Positions 43,889-56,700 of a stretch of 64,000 bases of DNA are shown here, in pieces. The DNA lies in NCBI RefSeq assembly GCF_000143415.4, contig NW_003314276.1, positions 1,848,107-1,912,106 of the forward strand, in the 5' to 3' direction. Every line of letters starts with the position of its first letter. The first letter of the stretch is position 1. A program made the translations under genes and the position numbers. The notes beneath the pieces were generated by a model. That model did not search any database. It was not told the DNA's origin and saw only the letters and a program-made list of their open reading frames with translations. The stretch is from Selaginella moellendorffii. Taxonomy: Eukaryota > Plantae > Lycopodiophyta.

Positions 43889-45745
43889 ATGGCAGTGCCC
43901 TCGGATCACCAGCACCGGCGCTCGAAGAAATCCAAGAACGGGCAGAAGAAGCAGCCGCAGCGAGGGCTGGGCGTGGCGCAGCTGGAGCGGCTGCGAATCC
44001 AGGAGGAGAGCAAGAAAGCGATGTTAGCATCGTCGTCGTTCGCGGCGGCCGGATCTTGCTTCCAAGCTCAGCAAGGTCGGGTCTCGGCGCTCTGCCTCTC
44101 GGCTCCTCATAATCCTCCTCTCCATCTCCATCACATCTCCCCGGCGCAGCAAGGATCTGGCGGTGGCGCTGCGGCGGCGTATCGCCCCTCGAATCTCCCC
44201 TTCCTCGCGTCGCTAGGGACGAGCGCGAGCTCGAGGCAGCATCACAAGGCCAGTCTCGATCCTAATCTTGCCAATATTTCGCAGCATTCTGTGATCCATC
44301 AGCTGGATCATGCGCTCATGGCGAAGATCCATGGCCAGGCCTCTGCCGATAGCAGCTCTTGCAAATCCGGGATCTCATCCGATGTCTCGGCTGCTGCTAC
44401 CGTTGCCGCCTCTCACCACCTCTTTGGAAGACGCAGTGGAAGATCCTCGTCCTCTCCATCGCCGTGCTCGTCCCAGCACAACAGCAAGCCCGATCACGTC
44501 TTCGACGAGAGCGATGAGTCGAGCAGAGGCGCCGCCGCTGCTGCTGCCCCACCGTTCGTGTTCCTGGGATCTTCATCCTCGTGCTCTTCCGAGGCCAACC
44601 ACAGGAACACTACTATCCCCTTGATGATCCAGCCGGGGAGCAGTAGCAACAACATCATCAAGGACAACCTTCCGGAGTCGTCCGAGATGTTTGATCCATT
44701 GTTTCGGACTCGCGCTCGGCGGGTCTACGGTGATGGCAGAGATTGGCCAGGGGTAAGTGGAAAGCTCTCGGGCTCTCAAGTTTGATCGATCAACCCATCT
44801 TGGTTTGGTTCTTGTGTAGATTCACACCCATGGCATTCCTGCTATCAAGGAGCTCTCTTCATTCCAAATACCAGGCAATACCATCCCAGCATTGTCCTCG
44901 CCCAACAAGGTAAGCTAGTTCTTTCCAGTTCCTCTTGGATGCCCGATATGACCCACAAAGTTGGTGTTTATGCCAGGCTTGTTGGACGGGTGCCCGAGAT
45001 GGAGTAGCCGACTTGGGTTCCGGCTACTCGGGCTCGGTGGACAAAGGGTCCAGCGTCAAGATGATGTAAGAGTTGGAGATCTCCTTGTTTGGTTTTGTTC
45101 TAACGATTGGCCCCTTGGGTGTTTCTCTCAGTGCTACTGCTTCATCGTCGCCCAGGAGTCTCTCGGCGGCGTCGAGCTGGGCGAGATCCGAGGTTTGCTT
45201 CTCGTTCGAGCAGCAGCTCAAGGACAGCTGCTCCAGCTCGCTCAAGAACGCCGCCACCATCACCAACAGTAGCACCAACTTGGAGGCGACCTCGTCTACC
45301 AAGCCGGCTTCCTGTGACTTCCTGACGCTGGCGCTGGCAGCTCCTGATCCTCGCCCCCAATTCCACAAGCGGCCGAGCAGCGGACTGCCAGACTTAAAAC
45401 CCGATGACGACGAATCGTCGAAGTTCGCGGTGACCACCCCCCAGGTGAGTGACAAAACTTAGAAAAATCCAGGACAGTGTTTTAATTCGCAGTACCACTT
45501 GGCGAATGCTTGAAGATCTACATGGCTTGACTGTTCGTTCGTCGTTTTTGTTCTTCCAGGAGGCGTCCGGCGAGACCGACGATCACTGGCTGCTCAAGAA
45601 TCACCATCAGCTGGCCAGGAAATCGATCAAGCTCCAGCATTTTGGCACTCCATCCATGGTGCCGGCATCGCCTTTCATGCTGGACCTGAGCCTCAAAGTT
45701 CCATCGATCGAGGAGTCGTCGCTGGAGCTCAAGCTCGCCTTGTGA
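43889..45745 (+). CDS. SPEAR-family (SPOROCYTELESS/NOZZLE, TIE1-like) EAR-motif repressor adaptor
   Basis: SPL motif KKQPQRGLGVAQLERLR; internal CDFLTLAL; C-terminal LDLSLK and LELKLAL* EAR motifs; three short introns. Confidence 0.85.
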
Positions 45746-45988
45746 TCATCTCAGAGTAAGATTTTTTCCACAGCGAAGAAACCAAAAAACCAAACAGCTC
45801 AAACTCTTCGTTGTTGGGAAGAAACCAAACAAAAAGAAATTCCATTCCAGGCAAAGTGGAAAGGAATTTCATCTCATTTTACTATATAATCTTTTCTACG
45901 AACAGTAGTCTTTTAAAAGTATTGTAGGGTTCTTTGGGGGTTTTAGCTAGGTCATGGTGGGAGAGTGAGATCCGGGGGCGCGATCGAG

Positions 45989-48059
45989 ATGATGCGCGCG
46001 CACAGGTTAGTAGCGATCGATCGCGCTCTCGGCAGCGCCCGTGTTCGTGCTGCGTCATTGGCAGCCGTGGAGCAATGCATGAAGCTGGATGATGTTTCTG
46101 CTGACGAGCGCAAGGCCGCGAGCTGGGCCGTGGCGAGCTTCCTCAAAGACCTGGGATTGAAATCCCCGGAGGCAGCAGGGGTGCAACGCGCATCGCCAGT
46201 GTTCGCGAGGAAGGTAGTGGCGCTGGCCAAGGAAAATCTCGGCAGTGGCGAGGCCAGGATCTCGATCAAGGAGCTCAAGGCGCTCTCCTCTCAGGTGTTG
46301 CAAGAGCGGCGGATCAATGTGGCTGAGGCGGTGCTGGAGAGCCTCGGCGGAGCTCCGGACTGGGTGGAAGCCAGTCTAGCGCTCGTCGACAGCAGCGAGA
46401 ATGGAGTTTTCAATCTTCTCGAGATCACGAACAAGCTCCACAAGATTGGATTCGAGAGGAAGAAGATGTGGCTGGTCTTCGAGCACAACAGTTTGCTCTG
46501 GGCGAGCACGCCGCTGGACGTGGAGAACAGCATCGTTGCGCTCAAGAAGGTGGATGGAGGGAAGTTCTTGATGAGGACCATCTTTTGCTGCCCGCTGCTC
46601 ATCGGCCGATCGTCCCAGGAAGTTCTAAACGGTCTCGTGTGGGAGCTCGCTCGAGTTGGCGCTGATAAGAAGGATCTCTACAATCTCTTCATGCTCTTCC
46701 AGAAGAACCGGGAGTCTCCTCGCCCGGTCCCGGAGATCCTGGAGCAACAGTGTGGATTCAGCAAAGCCGAGGTTCGCCGCCGGCTAACTTCCAACACTCT
46801 CAAGCTCGCGTCGGAGGTGAATCACTCGCTGGAGCTCGCCATGAAGTGGTTTTCCAACGAAGGTGTCAAGGAAAACGACTTTTGGAAGATGGTGGTCCAT
46901 CGGCCGTCGGACTTCTGCCGCAGCACCGCTTCCTTGGACGAGCAAATGGCGTTTTTGACAGAGTGGGGCTTGTCACGACCCGAGGCCTTGCAGATGCTCG
47001 TCAAGCACGCGTACAGTGTGATATGGAACGTCAGCATAGCCAAGACGAAGATCCAGTACTTGGTGGAAACGATGGGATTCCCGGCGCAGACGATACTTTC
47101 GTGTCCGAAGTTTCTCTCCTGCAGCTTGGGACTGAAGATCCGGCCTCGCCACCGGTTGGTGGAGTTTCTGGAGAAGCAGGGAAAGATCGAGAGGCCGGCG
47201 TCGCTGCAGTACTTGATCCTGTCGGAGGAGACGTTTTTGGATACTTATGGTAAGCTCCACCTGGATGCTGGTAGAGTTTACGCGGAAGCAAAAGGCCTCG
47301 CCAGCGCTGGAGATGACGAACAGCTACAGGAGGAGGAAAGTTTTAGCCAGCAAGGTCAGATTTCGTTCTTTATTCTTTCGCATTCATTGGGTATCTCACT
47401 CAAGAACTGAAATGGTGCGTGCAGGGGACGAGGCAGCTGAGACCGAAACTCTCGAAGCTGTCAAGAGCACACAAGTACTACTACAGCTCAAAAGCCTGGG
47501 TGATCCAACTTCGGTATCCGTGGAACGAGCTCCCAACTTACGGAGCTCGTTGAGCAAGTTAGAGGGTGATCACGGTGGCGATCTTGGAAAAAAGATCCGA
47601 GCTTCATCGAAGATCTCGGCTGCGCTGGAGCGCATTCAAAGCGACAGCAGCAGTCCAACGACGAGTGACACTTCCAGGGAAGTACAGCAGATTAAACAAA
47701 CTGGAGGTACTGCAACTCTAGCAGCGGCAGTAGCAACAGGATCAGTGGAAGAAATAGCAGTGGAAGAGGTGGCAGTGGAGGAAAAGGAGATAGCAGCAGG
47801 AGGAGTGGCATCAGCAAGCCGTGATCCTTGCGAGCATGCGAATGGAGTGAGCGCAAACCGGGCAGAAGCTCCACCAGAAGTTATGGCAGTGGAAGGAGGA
47901 GAAGCATCAAGCGCTGACGCTTGTTTCAAGGCTGGAAGAACTGGAGAGGGCGCTGCTGCTGCTCCGGAAGATCTCGACAGTGACGAAAGCCATGGCCGAT
48001 CGAACAAGACCGGTGGAATCGTGGCGTTTTTCCGAAAGTTCTTCACCGGGAGCTCGTGA
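45989..48059 (+). CDS. mTERF-family protein with a long acidic C-terminal extension
   Basis: ASPVFARKVV, INVAEAVLESLG, mTERF repeats ending KIQYLVETMGFPAQTILSCPKFLSCSLGLKIRPRH...LILSEETFLDTY; intron ~47355-47425; second exon low-complexity. Confidence 0.85.
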
Positions 48060-48232
48060 AGAAAATTCTTGCGGTGTTTAGGATAAGCAAAATGTTTATT
48101 GTTAAACAAAACCTGTGTTGTAAATTTAGAGGGAAAGGGTTTAAAAAGCGAGGTGAATTTAGGGTTAGGGCTTACCGAGAATTTTTTATTTTTGGTGTAG
48201 CTAACGAGATTTCGTGTCACCGAAGCACAGCC

Positions 48233-50706
48233 ATGGCCGCTTCAATGGCGCTGGGAGAGCTGTGGCAGGCGTCCAACTATTTTCTCGCTCAGATCGAGCC
48301 AGCAATCCTCGCTCTTGCGGCGCTCGCGGTTGGAGTGATCGCGCCATGGGTTTTGTCGGCGATTTCTTGTGCTTACTCTGCCGTGGAGGAGAAAGGTTAG
48401 CTCCAAATTTTCTTGCTCGTTGATTCGATTGGTATTTTAATTCAGGCATTCAGCGCGTTCTTCTCAATCTATTTTTTCACGCGTGTCGGTAAGCGATCTG
48501 GAAGAGCTTGACAAAATCTCTCCCCTTTGTTTTTCAGGAAAATTCCTGGAGTCAGTGGCTACATTCTGAGAGAACAAAATAAGGTAGCATTCCTATATCT
48601 TTGCTCGTGAGGATTTGGAAGCTCCATTTCTTTATCTGATGTTGATTGCGATCAGGTCATAGACAAGTTAAATTCGAGTACTAAATCAAAGCGTTCTCGT
48701 TGGATATCAGAGCTTCCCAAGTCCGGTCTCGGCAACGGAGTGCTTGACTGGCTCAACTCTGAGAGGCAAAAGGACATGAAATGGGAAGGGAAATGTTCTG
48801 GAACTGTGTAAGTCTTGACGAGCTGTCCTGTGCCTTGATAGAAGTTTTGCTTTCTAAATTCTTTCATCTTGTGTGGACAGATATATTGGTGGAACGGATG
48901 CAGAACAGCATTTTTCTCTGTTGAACGAGGCATATGCACTGTACGTCTCATCCAGCGATTAGAAGAAAATGTCGTAACGATTCATGACAGATTTGCACAC
49001 ACGAATCCTTTACATGCAGACGTTTTCCCAAGCATAGCAAAGTTTGAGGCTGAAGTTGTCGCTATGACGGCCTCAATGCTCGGCAGTAAAGAACTGGATG
49101 GCCAGGTGTGTGGAAACATGACTTCCGGTGGCACAGAGAGTATTCTAATGGCTGTTAAGTCGACTCGTGACTACATGCGAGCCACCAAAGGAATCACAAA
49201 ACCAGAAATGTGAGTCCCGAAGCTAAGTCGTTTTTTTCTTTGTTCTTGTTTTCACTTGAGCTGCCAACTGCAGGATCATTCCAGTGTCCGCTCACTCAGC
49301 GTACAACAAAGCGGCTCAGTATTTTCAGATCAAATTGAAGATCGCACCCGTGACTAGTAACCTCCAGGCCGACGTTAGCAGTATCAAACGACTGATCAAC
49401 AAGAACACGATTATGGTAATTTTCACACGTTCGCAATGGTCAGCAACATTGTTTTGGCAGATTGTAGGATCGGCGCCAGGATTTCCTCACGGTGTTGTTG
49501 ATCCTATAGAGGTTTGGACTTTGGACTGGACGCTATGGAAAGCTTCTCACTTTTCTTTTTCTCTCCTGTGCAGGAGTTGGGCGCTCTTGCGATTAACAAG
49601 AGAGTCTGTTTTCACGTGGATCTCTGCCTAGGAGGTTTTGTTTTGCCGTTTGCTAGAAAGTTGGGGTGAGTCTTTCATCGTCTTTTTCCTTGTATAACGA
49701 TACGATTTTTGCAGATATTCTATTCCGCCTTTTGACTTCTCGGTTCCGGGAGTCACTTCCATCTCCATCGATGTACACAAGTATGGTCTCGCTCCAAAAG
49801 GCACCAGTGTCGTGCTCTACCGAAATCACGAAATCCGGCGGGTATGTTCACTTTCTGACTCAAAAGATTTAGTGTCATCTCACTTTCACTTTCCTTTTCC
49901 TTTTCATTGGTCACAGCACCAATTTGTAGCAGGTTGTAAATCTCTGTTGACAAACTACCATGAAGTTGAAGGTCTTTTTCTTTCTTTATAGTCACGGATT
50001 GGTCTGGCGGGCTGTATATATCGCCATCCATGGCTGGAAGCAGGCCGGGAGCTCTCATAGCTGGTGCTTGGGCTGCATTGGCATCTTTGGGAGAGGAAGG
50101 TTCGTCTCATCCTTTTTGGTCTTCGTCTCCTGCACTGAATTGTCTTTGACAGGGTACTTGAAAATCACGAAAAGTCTCATGGAGGCATCCAAAAAACTGA
50201 GGGACGGGTAAATATTAAGTGGTTCTTCGTTTCTTTTTTCTTGTCTCTTTAGCAATTCCTTTCAGAATACAAGAAATTCCGGGATTATACGTGCTTGGAG
50301 ACCCGGCAATGACAGTCATTGCGTTTGGATCGAACGACTGCGACATCTTTAGAGTGAACGACGCTATGTCGAGCAAGGGGTGGAGCCTTAACGCTCTACA
50401 AAAACCTTCCAGGTAAAAATCTCGTCACAGTGATTCGTGTGCTCATATAATTCGCAGTGTACATTTTTGTGTGACGCTCCAACACGTTGATGCTATCGAC
50501 AAGTTGCTCGAGGACTTGCGCTGTGCTGTAAAAGAGGTAACGTGACCACTGAACTTGGATCCACCATAGCTTTGTTTTCACAGGTAAAAGAGAACCAAAG
50601 TGATATGGAAGAGGGAATGGCACCAATCTATGGAGCCGCTGGCAAAATGCCAGATCGTGGAATCATTGGAGACATATTGATTGCTTACATGGACAACACA
50701 TGCTAA
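48233..50706 (+). CDS. DPL1: Sphingosine-1-phosphate (LCB-phosphate) lyase
   Basis: [58 protein letters not shown] motif [39 protein letters not shown]. Confidence 0.95.
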
Positions 50707-50734
50707 TAAAAATAATATAATAATAATATGATAT

Positions 50735-50860
50735 TGTGAATGTGTGGAATATAGAAATGGAATATAAAAATATGCATATCCATTAGTCTAAAAACCATAA
50801 TTTATATTTGGATTGGATTGTGAATGGTTTAGATTGAAACCAATCCAATAGAATATATAC
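50735..50860 (-). mobile_element. LTR-like repeat fragment, same family as 59990-60176
   Basis: Reverse complement matches 60075-60176 (ttggattggtttcaat; aatggatatgca; tattccatttc.atattccac). Confidence 0.6.
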
Positions 50861-51295
50861 AGTTGAAATAAAGTCATGGGAGGACTTTTGAGAAGTTGCG
50901 GTCCAAGGCCAAAGAGAAATATATAGCCATTGGATAAAAAATGTTCTAGGATATGTTTTTTCAATCCAACTCTTACTGATTATATGCTGTTCACATGTTC
51001 AAGATGGCCATGCCACAAAGTATGGTCCATAGCATCCAGGGAAAACATATGGGAAATATGTTTCCTATTCTCTATTGTTTCTTAGTGTTACATATTATTG
51101 GTGTTGAGAGCTATTTCGAGACTTGAAGCCATTGACAAAAGACTTGCCTCCAATTCTCCATTTTGGCAAGCCGCTCCAAAACAATATTGCTGAATATCTA
51201 AATCCAAGTTCTAGTGCTGAGGGATTGAACTCTTTTGCAAATTTATCTATGACTTCTTGCCATGCTGGCCAGGTTTATCATTTTATCTCCTAGGT

Positions 51296-52170
51296 TTAAG
51301 ACCTCCATATAGAAATTTGTAAATTAGTGTCATAAACAGTTGCAAATCCTTTATTATCTACACATAATGAAAATGTGACCCAAATGTTTTTCCAATATAA
51401 ATTATAAGACCAAACAACGTCATAGTTTTTATCATAAATTACTAAATTTCCATCTTTTTGTAGGTGAAGAAAACAGTTAAGTCCTTTACCAATAGTTTTG
51501 GTATCCCAAATTTTTGATTCTGTATAATATAGCACTAAATTACAATAAAATTGCATAATTAAAATGTAAAACATATTTGGTGACTGCAAATATTCTCCAG
51601 TATTTAAAATTTAAAAATAAGAGTAATATGGTCCACTTTTAATACACGTTTTATGTATATCACAATCTGAGGTAATATTGTTTTGATAATAAAAATGAGT
51701 TGGAACTATACCACTAAATCTATTTAATTTAAAATCGATACTATATGAGATTGAATATAAAACGCCTATGTAGGTGACAGAACTATAAGTTGTAAAATCA
51801 TTTATGACATATATATTTAATATACGATTAAATTCACGTTGTAAAGATTTACCAGTATTTAAATTATACATAAAAGGAATAATACTACAAAGATAATTAT
51901 AATATTTTTATATTCTTGTATATCAAAAGCTTCTATTGAAACCATTAAACTTTTTCCCTTTTCATATAGAACTTTAGACATTGAAAACCCCAAAAATATC
52001 CCTCTACGGTTTCCTATATTTTCAATAAGGTTTTTTATTATAGGGATTATAATATTTTGTCTATATTCAATTGTTATACTTTTTTGGTTTCCTTCATAAT
52101 ATTTTCTTACACATCTAATAAATGGCATAAATATGATTATTATAAGAACTAAATATTGAATAAGCTTCAT
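51296..52170 (-). pseudogene. AT-rich intronless gene: signal peptide, unknown region and C-terminal bulb-type (GNA/B-) lectin; one frameshift and one stop
   Basis: MKLIQYLVLIIIIFMPFIRC signal; frameshift in an A-run near 51905; stop at 51611; then ILNTGEYLQSPN..LIMQFYCNLVLY...LHLQKDGNLVIYDKNYDVVWS (QxDxNxVxY). Confidence 0.72.
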
Positions 52171-53199
52171 AGTTTAAAAATTATCTATAACTTTTATAAA
52201 AAAGAAAAGTTACTTATTTAAACTAATTGTCACAACCTCAAACACAAGAAAGTGTATGCATTAAAGAAGAAAGGAAAGAGAGATAAAAGAAGCAAGAGAG
52301 AGAGAGAAAAAAAAACTAGGGTGATTAGCCTTGATCACTTATACATCTTTAACCTAAGTATGTATGCCTCATATATCTCAAATTCGAAACTTGTGAAGTA
52401 ATGAAAAACCAAAAGAGAGAACCATATAATAGAAGTATATTAAAGTTCTGAATAACACAATATGCTGTATATATATCTAAAGCAAAAAAACATAATTATC
52501 AAGCAAGTCTAATAATATTTTATTCTATGAATTTTAAAATTAAATGTTATTGAACTATGTACATGTTCTAAAAAATTAAAACATGTGGCAGAATATAGAA
52601 TTATTGATTTATCTAATAGAATATTTAATATTTAATTCCCAATTTGTCCATCTGGCTAACATAAACCATTTTATTTAGCAATTGTGTATTTGATATTTTG
52701 GTGTATTTGGTTGGAAAAAGTTAAATAAATTTTCACAAGAAATTACCCTTGGCTTTATAGGTCTTGAGGGATAAATAATCATTAAATTATCTCTTATATA
52801 TTCATTTCCTCTTGATTAGATATAAATATAAATATATATAGAAAATGGCTTAATACATGGATAAAAGTGCAATGGTCTTGAAATACTGAATAAATGGTCT
52901 GATATTTGAATATTACATCTGTGCAGACTCTATTGATTTGCTAAGAGAATTGCCATATGTTAAGATTGAAATTTGGAAACTAGTTTGCTTCTGTTGGTAT
53001 TAGAGAGAGTGGGTTTCAAATCACCACATATTGAGAATGAGTCAAGAGATTTGTGGCGTTCATGAGGATATTAATTTGTAGGGATGCATTTGTTCACGAG
53101 GGTGAGTGTGGTAACCATAAAATTGTATAGTCTGACCAACTAAGTAGAAGCATAGGAAAGTTAAGTTTACTAGAGAAGATCACATCATGTCGATATCAA

Positions 53200-53520
53200 C
53201 CACAAAAAGGAGTAAAGTGAAGGTTTCTGATAAATACACATTATTCTGGCACTTGATAATTGGCAATCAATAAGTTTGGAGCTTCATGGGTGTTATGAGC
53301 TCCAACACTGCCCACAAGCTAGTGAACCATTATAAGATGATATGGATGTTACAATCTTTGCCACTTATTGGAACTCAAGTGCTATATATCCCATCCAACC
53401 AGCTTCCATATGCCATACTATAGAGCTAGAGACATCTTATGGGATCATATTCAAATGGATTTTATCCTTGACATCCAGGTATTGAAAGAATCAACAAACA
53501 TTTGTTATGCAAATGATTGG
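53200..53520 (+). mobile_element. Decayed retrotransposon integrase fragment
   Basis: ILWDHIQMDFILD resembles integrase PWxxIxMDFI; many stops. Confidence 0.4.
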
Positions 53521-53789
53521 AACACACAAAGGTTTCTTTTGCTCTTTCCTTTACTTTTGTTCAATGAATCCACAAATTTTTTTATTCAATATCAAGAATC
53601 CCTTTTTCTTGTACAGCACAAATACAAATCTCTTTAATATATTAAAAAAAGTCATATATATAGTGCATTAGTATAATAAGGTTGAGTTTGAGAATGTTCA
53701 AAGGAATATTTTGTGATAATTAAAAATCCCACTACATTAAATTAGTGTACAACCATTTATATTAGTATATACTATATACTTAAACTTCA

Positions 53790-56700
53790 TATCATCCCCT
53801 TCTCTCGAAAGGATGGAAGGCAATAAGGGTTTTTTGGTTGGTGGGTTAGGCTCTGGAGGAACATCAAAAGGAGGCACTAATGGATCTATAAATGGTATTA
53901 ATTGTTTCTAATCCCTTTATATGAAATATTTCAGTTATTACACATACATAGTTTTTGGAGGATCAACCTATTGAATATTATGTTAAACCAACTTGTGGTT
54001 TAATTTGCCGTAACACCTAATATAGTCTTATCCATTGAGTAAAAAACCTCTCAGACAAACCATATATTGTAAAATTGAAAGAATAAGTTAACACCAAGTC
54101 ATCCATTTTATACTCTATTGGTGGACAATGATGGGAGTTGTAGCACTACCAATACTAGGTCTTGGGATCAATATTTATTCTTTTAGTTGTCTGAACAGAG
54201 TCTATTGAACATTTGGGTTGTGTACAAGTGGGATAACAAGCTTGTGGCAATTGTGAAGGTAATCTCCACTCTATTGATAGTATTAAATCACAACTATATA
54301 GAAATTTATATGGTGAAACACTAATAAAACTCTGTACCCCTATGATATATACATACCTAAGAAACAATAAATAACCATCCTAATCCGAATGTTAAAAACT
54401 CACATACTTCACAATCATCCTTTTGAAGGTCCAAATAAGCTGTTTCACAAAACCATCTATCTATGGATGATAAACACTTGTGAAAGTGTAACGTATCCCT
54501 AATAGAGATGTTAAAACATGAAATGCCTCAACCATTATCCAAAAGAATCTGCTTCAGATAAAAATGTTAAAACACTACTTGATTGAGGAGGAAGTATCTA
54601 ACAGTAGTTGTAAATGCACTAATAAAAACACCAACTTCCACCAAGTGAGTCAAGTAGCCAAAAGTAGTAATGATATATTTGTCAATTGTGGAAAAAGCTT
54701 GTTAAATAAAATGCCATCAACTCAAATGGATAGGAAACTACAATTGACTCCAATCATTCTTTTATAGCATGGGAGGAGTATTACAAATTTGGTACCAAAT
54801 GTAGCTATGCACATATTGGATGATATTATATCGCATCTTCGGCTAATAAAAACACCTGCATAGCTTCTTAGTCACACGACTATGTCCTATATGCTACATA
54901 GAATAGGAAAATCATAATAGATGTGGAGAAAGTGTGGAATAAAGATCAAAGGCATAACTAACTGTAAATAATCATTAGGATTTGTCCCTATAAAATAAGG
55001 AAGGTCATCTTTAATATGATATTGAAAATGTAAATACCAAAATGGCAAGTTATCAGTAAGTGATGTAAAATTCTCAAACCCATTGCGTTAAATCCATGTT
55101 TTAACCTTTTGAGCTTCACGAACTTTATTAAGAAAAGGAACATTAAGTACAACAACTTTCAGCAACACAAAATCCTCATCTAGAAAATCCACAAATGCTA
55201 GAATAATAACTTTGTTAAGAACATGAGAAGAGAGTAAAGAAAGAAAAAGGCTCGAGAAAAGGCATAAACATCAGTTATAAAACTCCTTAGGTAATGAACA
55301 AACTTGAAATTATATATCTAAAGCTTAAGAGCCCACCAAATAGTCTGACTAACCAAGTTCTTCCACTTTAATAACAAAGTAATTACAACATGATCACCTT
55401 TTAATAATGTTCAAGAATCATGCAAATATGCATAAAGCTTCTTAAAACCCTAAACTACTGATAAACACTTCTTATTTATCATAGAATAATTCACCTTCAC
55501 TAATTGTAATATATGGTTGATATGTGCAATGAGATGACATTGACTAGGCACATTCATGCTCTCTTGCATCAAGCCCTTTAGACCAATATCATAAGCATCT
55601 ACACATAAAATGAAAAGTTGAGTGTAATTAGGATATACCAAAATTGGAGGAGTTATTAACAACTCTTTGAGATCCGTAAATGCTTATTTGCAATCCTTAT
55701 ACTAGATAAAAGATGACGTTAATAACTTCAATAATGTTCACAATATTGCAGTATAATCAGAAAAATGATCAATAAATAATTGAGATATTACACCTTACCC
55801 AAGAAGTATTGCACATCATTCACACACTTTAGAGTAGAGAACTTCAAAACAACCATAAGTTTGTCAATTAGCGATTATACCAATTGATTTCGATTTTACC
55901 AATTGCTTTACTCATCAACTTGTAAACCTTTATGAGAAATACGATACCTAAGGTAAGTCATATCCTTAGATCCAAAAACACATTTTGATAGCTTCAAATT
56001 TAAACCAATTTCTTGCAACCAATTCAACACTTTATGAACATCACGAATGTGCTCTTCCCACATCCCTTTTGAGTGGATCAAGACATCATTTATGAAGTTA
56101 TTAGTCACCTTTAGTATATTATAAAGACCCTTATCTATCATTTAATAGAAAGTCGCTAGAGCATTATTCAAACCAAATAACATCATAAAAAACTTGTACA
56201 AATCAAATGGTGTATAAAAAACAGTTTTGGGAACATCTTCTTAGGCCATTAGCACTTGTTAATACCAAAAGTAAGATCAAATTTGGTGAACCAATAACAT
56301 TTCCCCAAATAATTCAAGAGATCAATAGTGTGAGGAAGAGGGTACATATCCAAAATAGTACCTTATTTAATGGATGATAGTCAATGAAAAAGCAAATTCT
56401 TCTATCAAGCTTTATCATAAAATGAAGTTCATATATCCAAAAACTCCAAGACTTTTTGATAATACCCTTCTTTAATATTTTCTTGATGTTTACAAGTAAA
56501 ATCTTTATCTCTTTAGGTGATCGATGCTAAATAGGAATCTTGATTATACGAACATTTTTAATTGGAATAAGATGATGTGTTGCAATCTTCGTTCAAGACA
56601 ATAGGTCAAAATTGAAGAAATTAGTATACTCCTTAAGTTGGTCCACTATTGTGACACAAAAACTGTAGAAGGGATCTAGAGAGGGAATAGAGGAGTAAGA

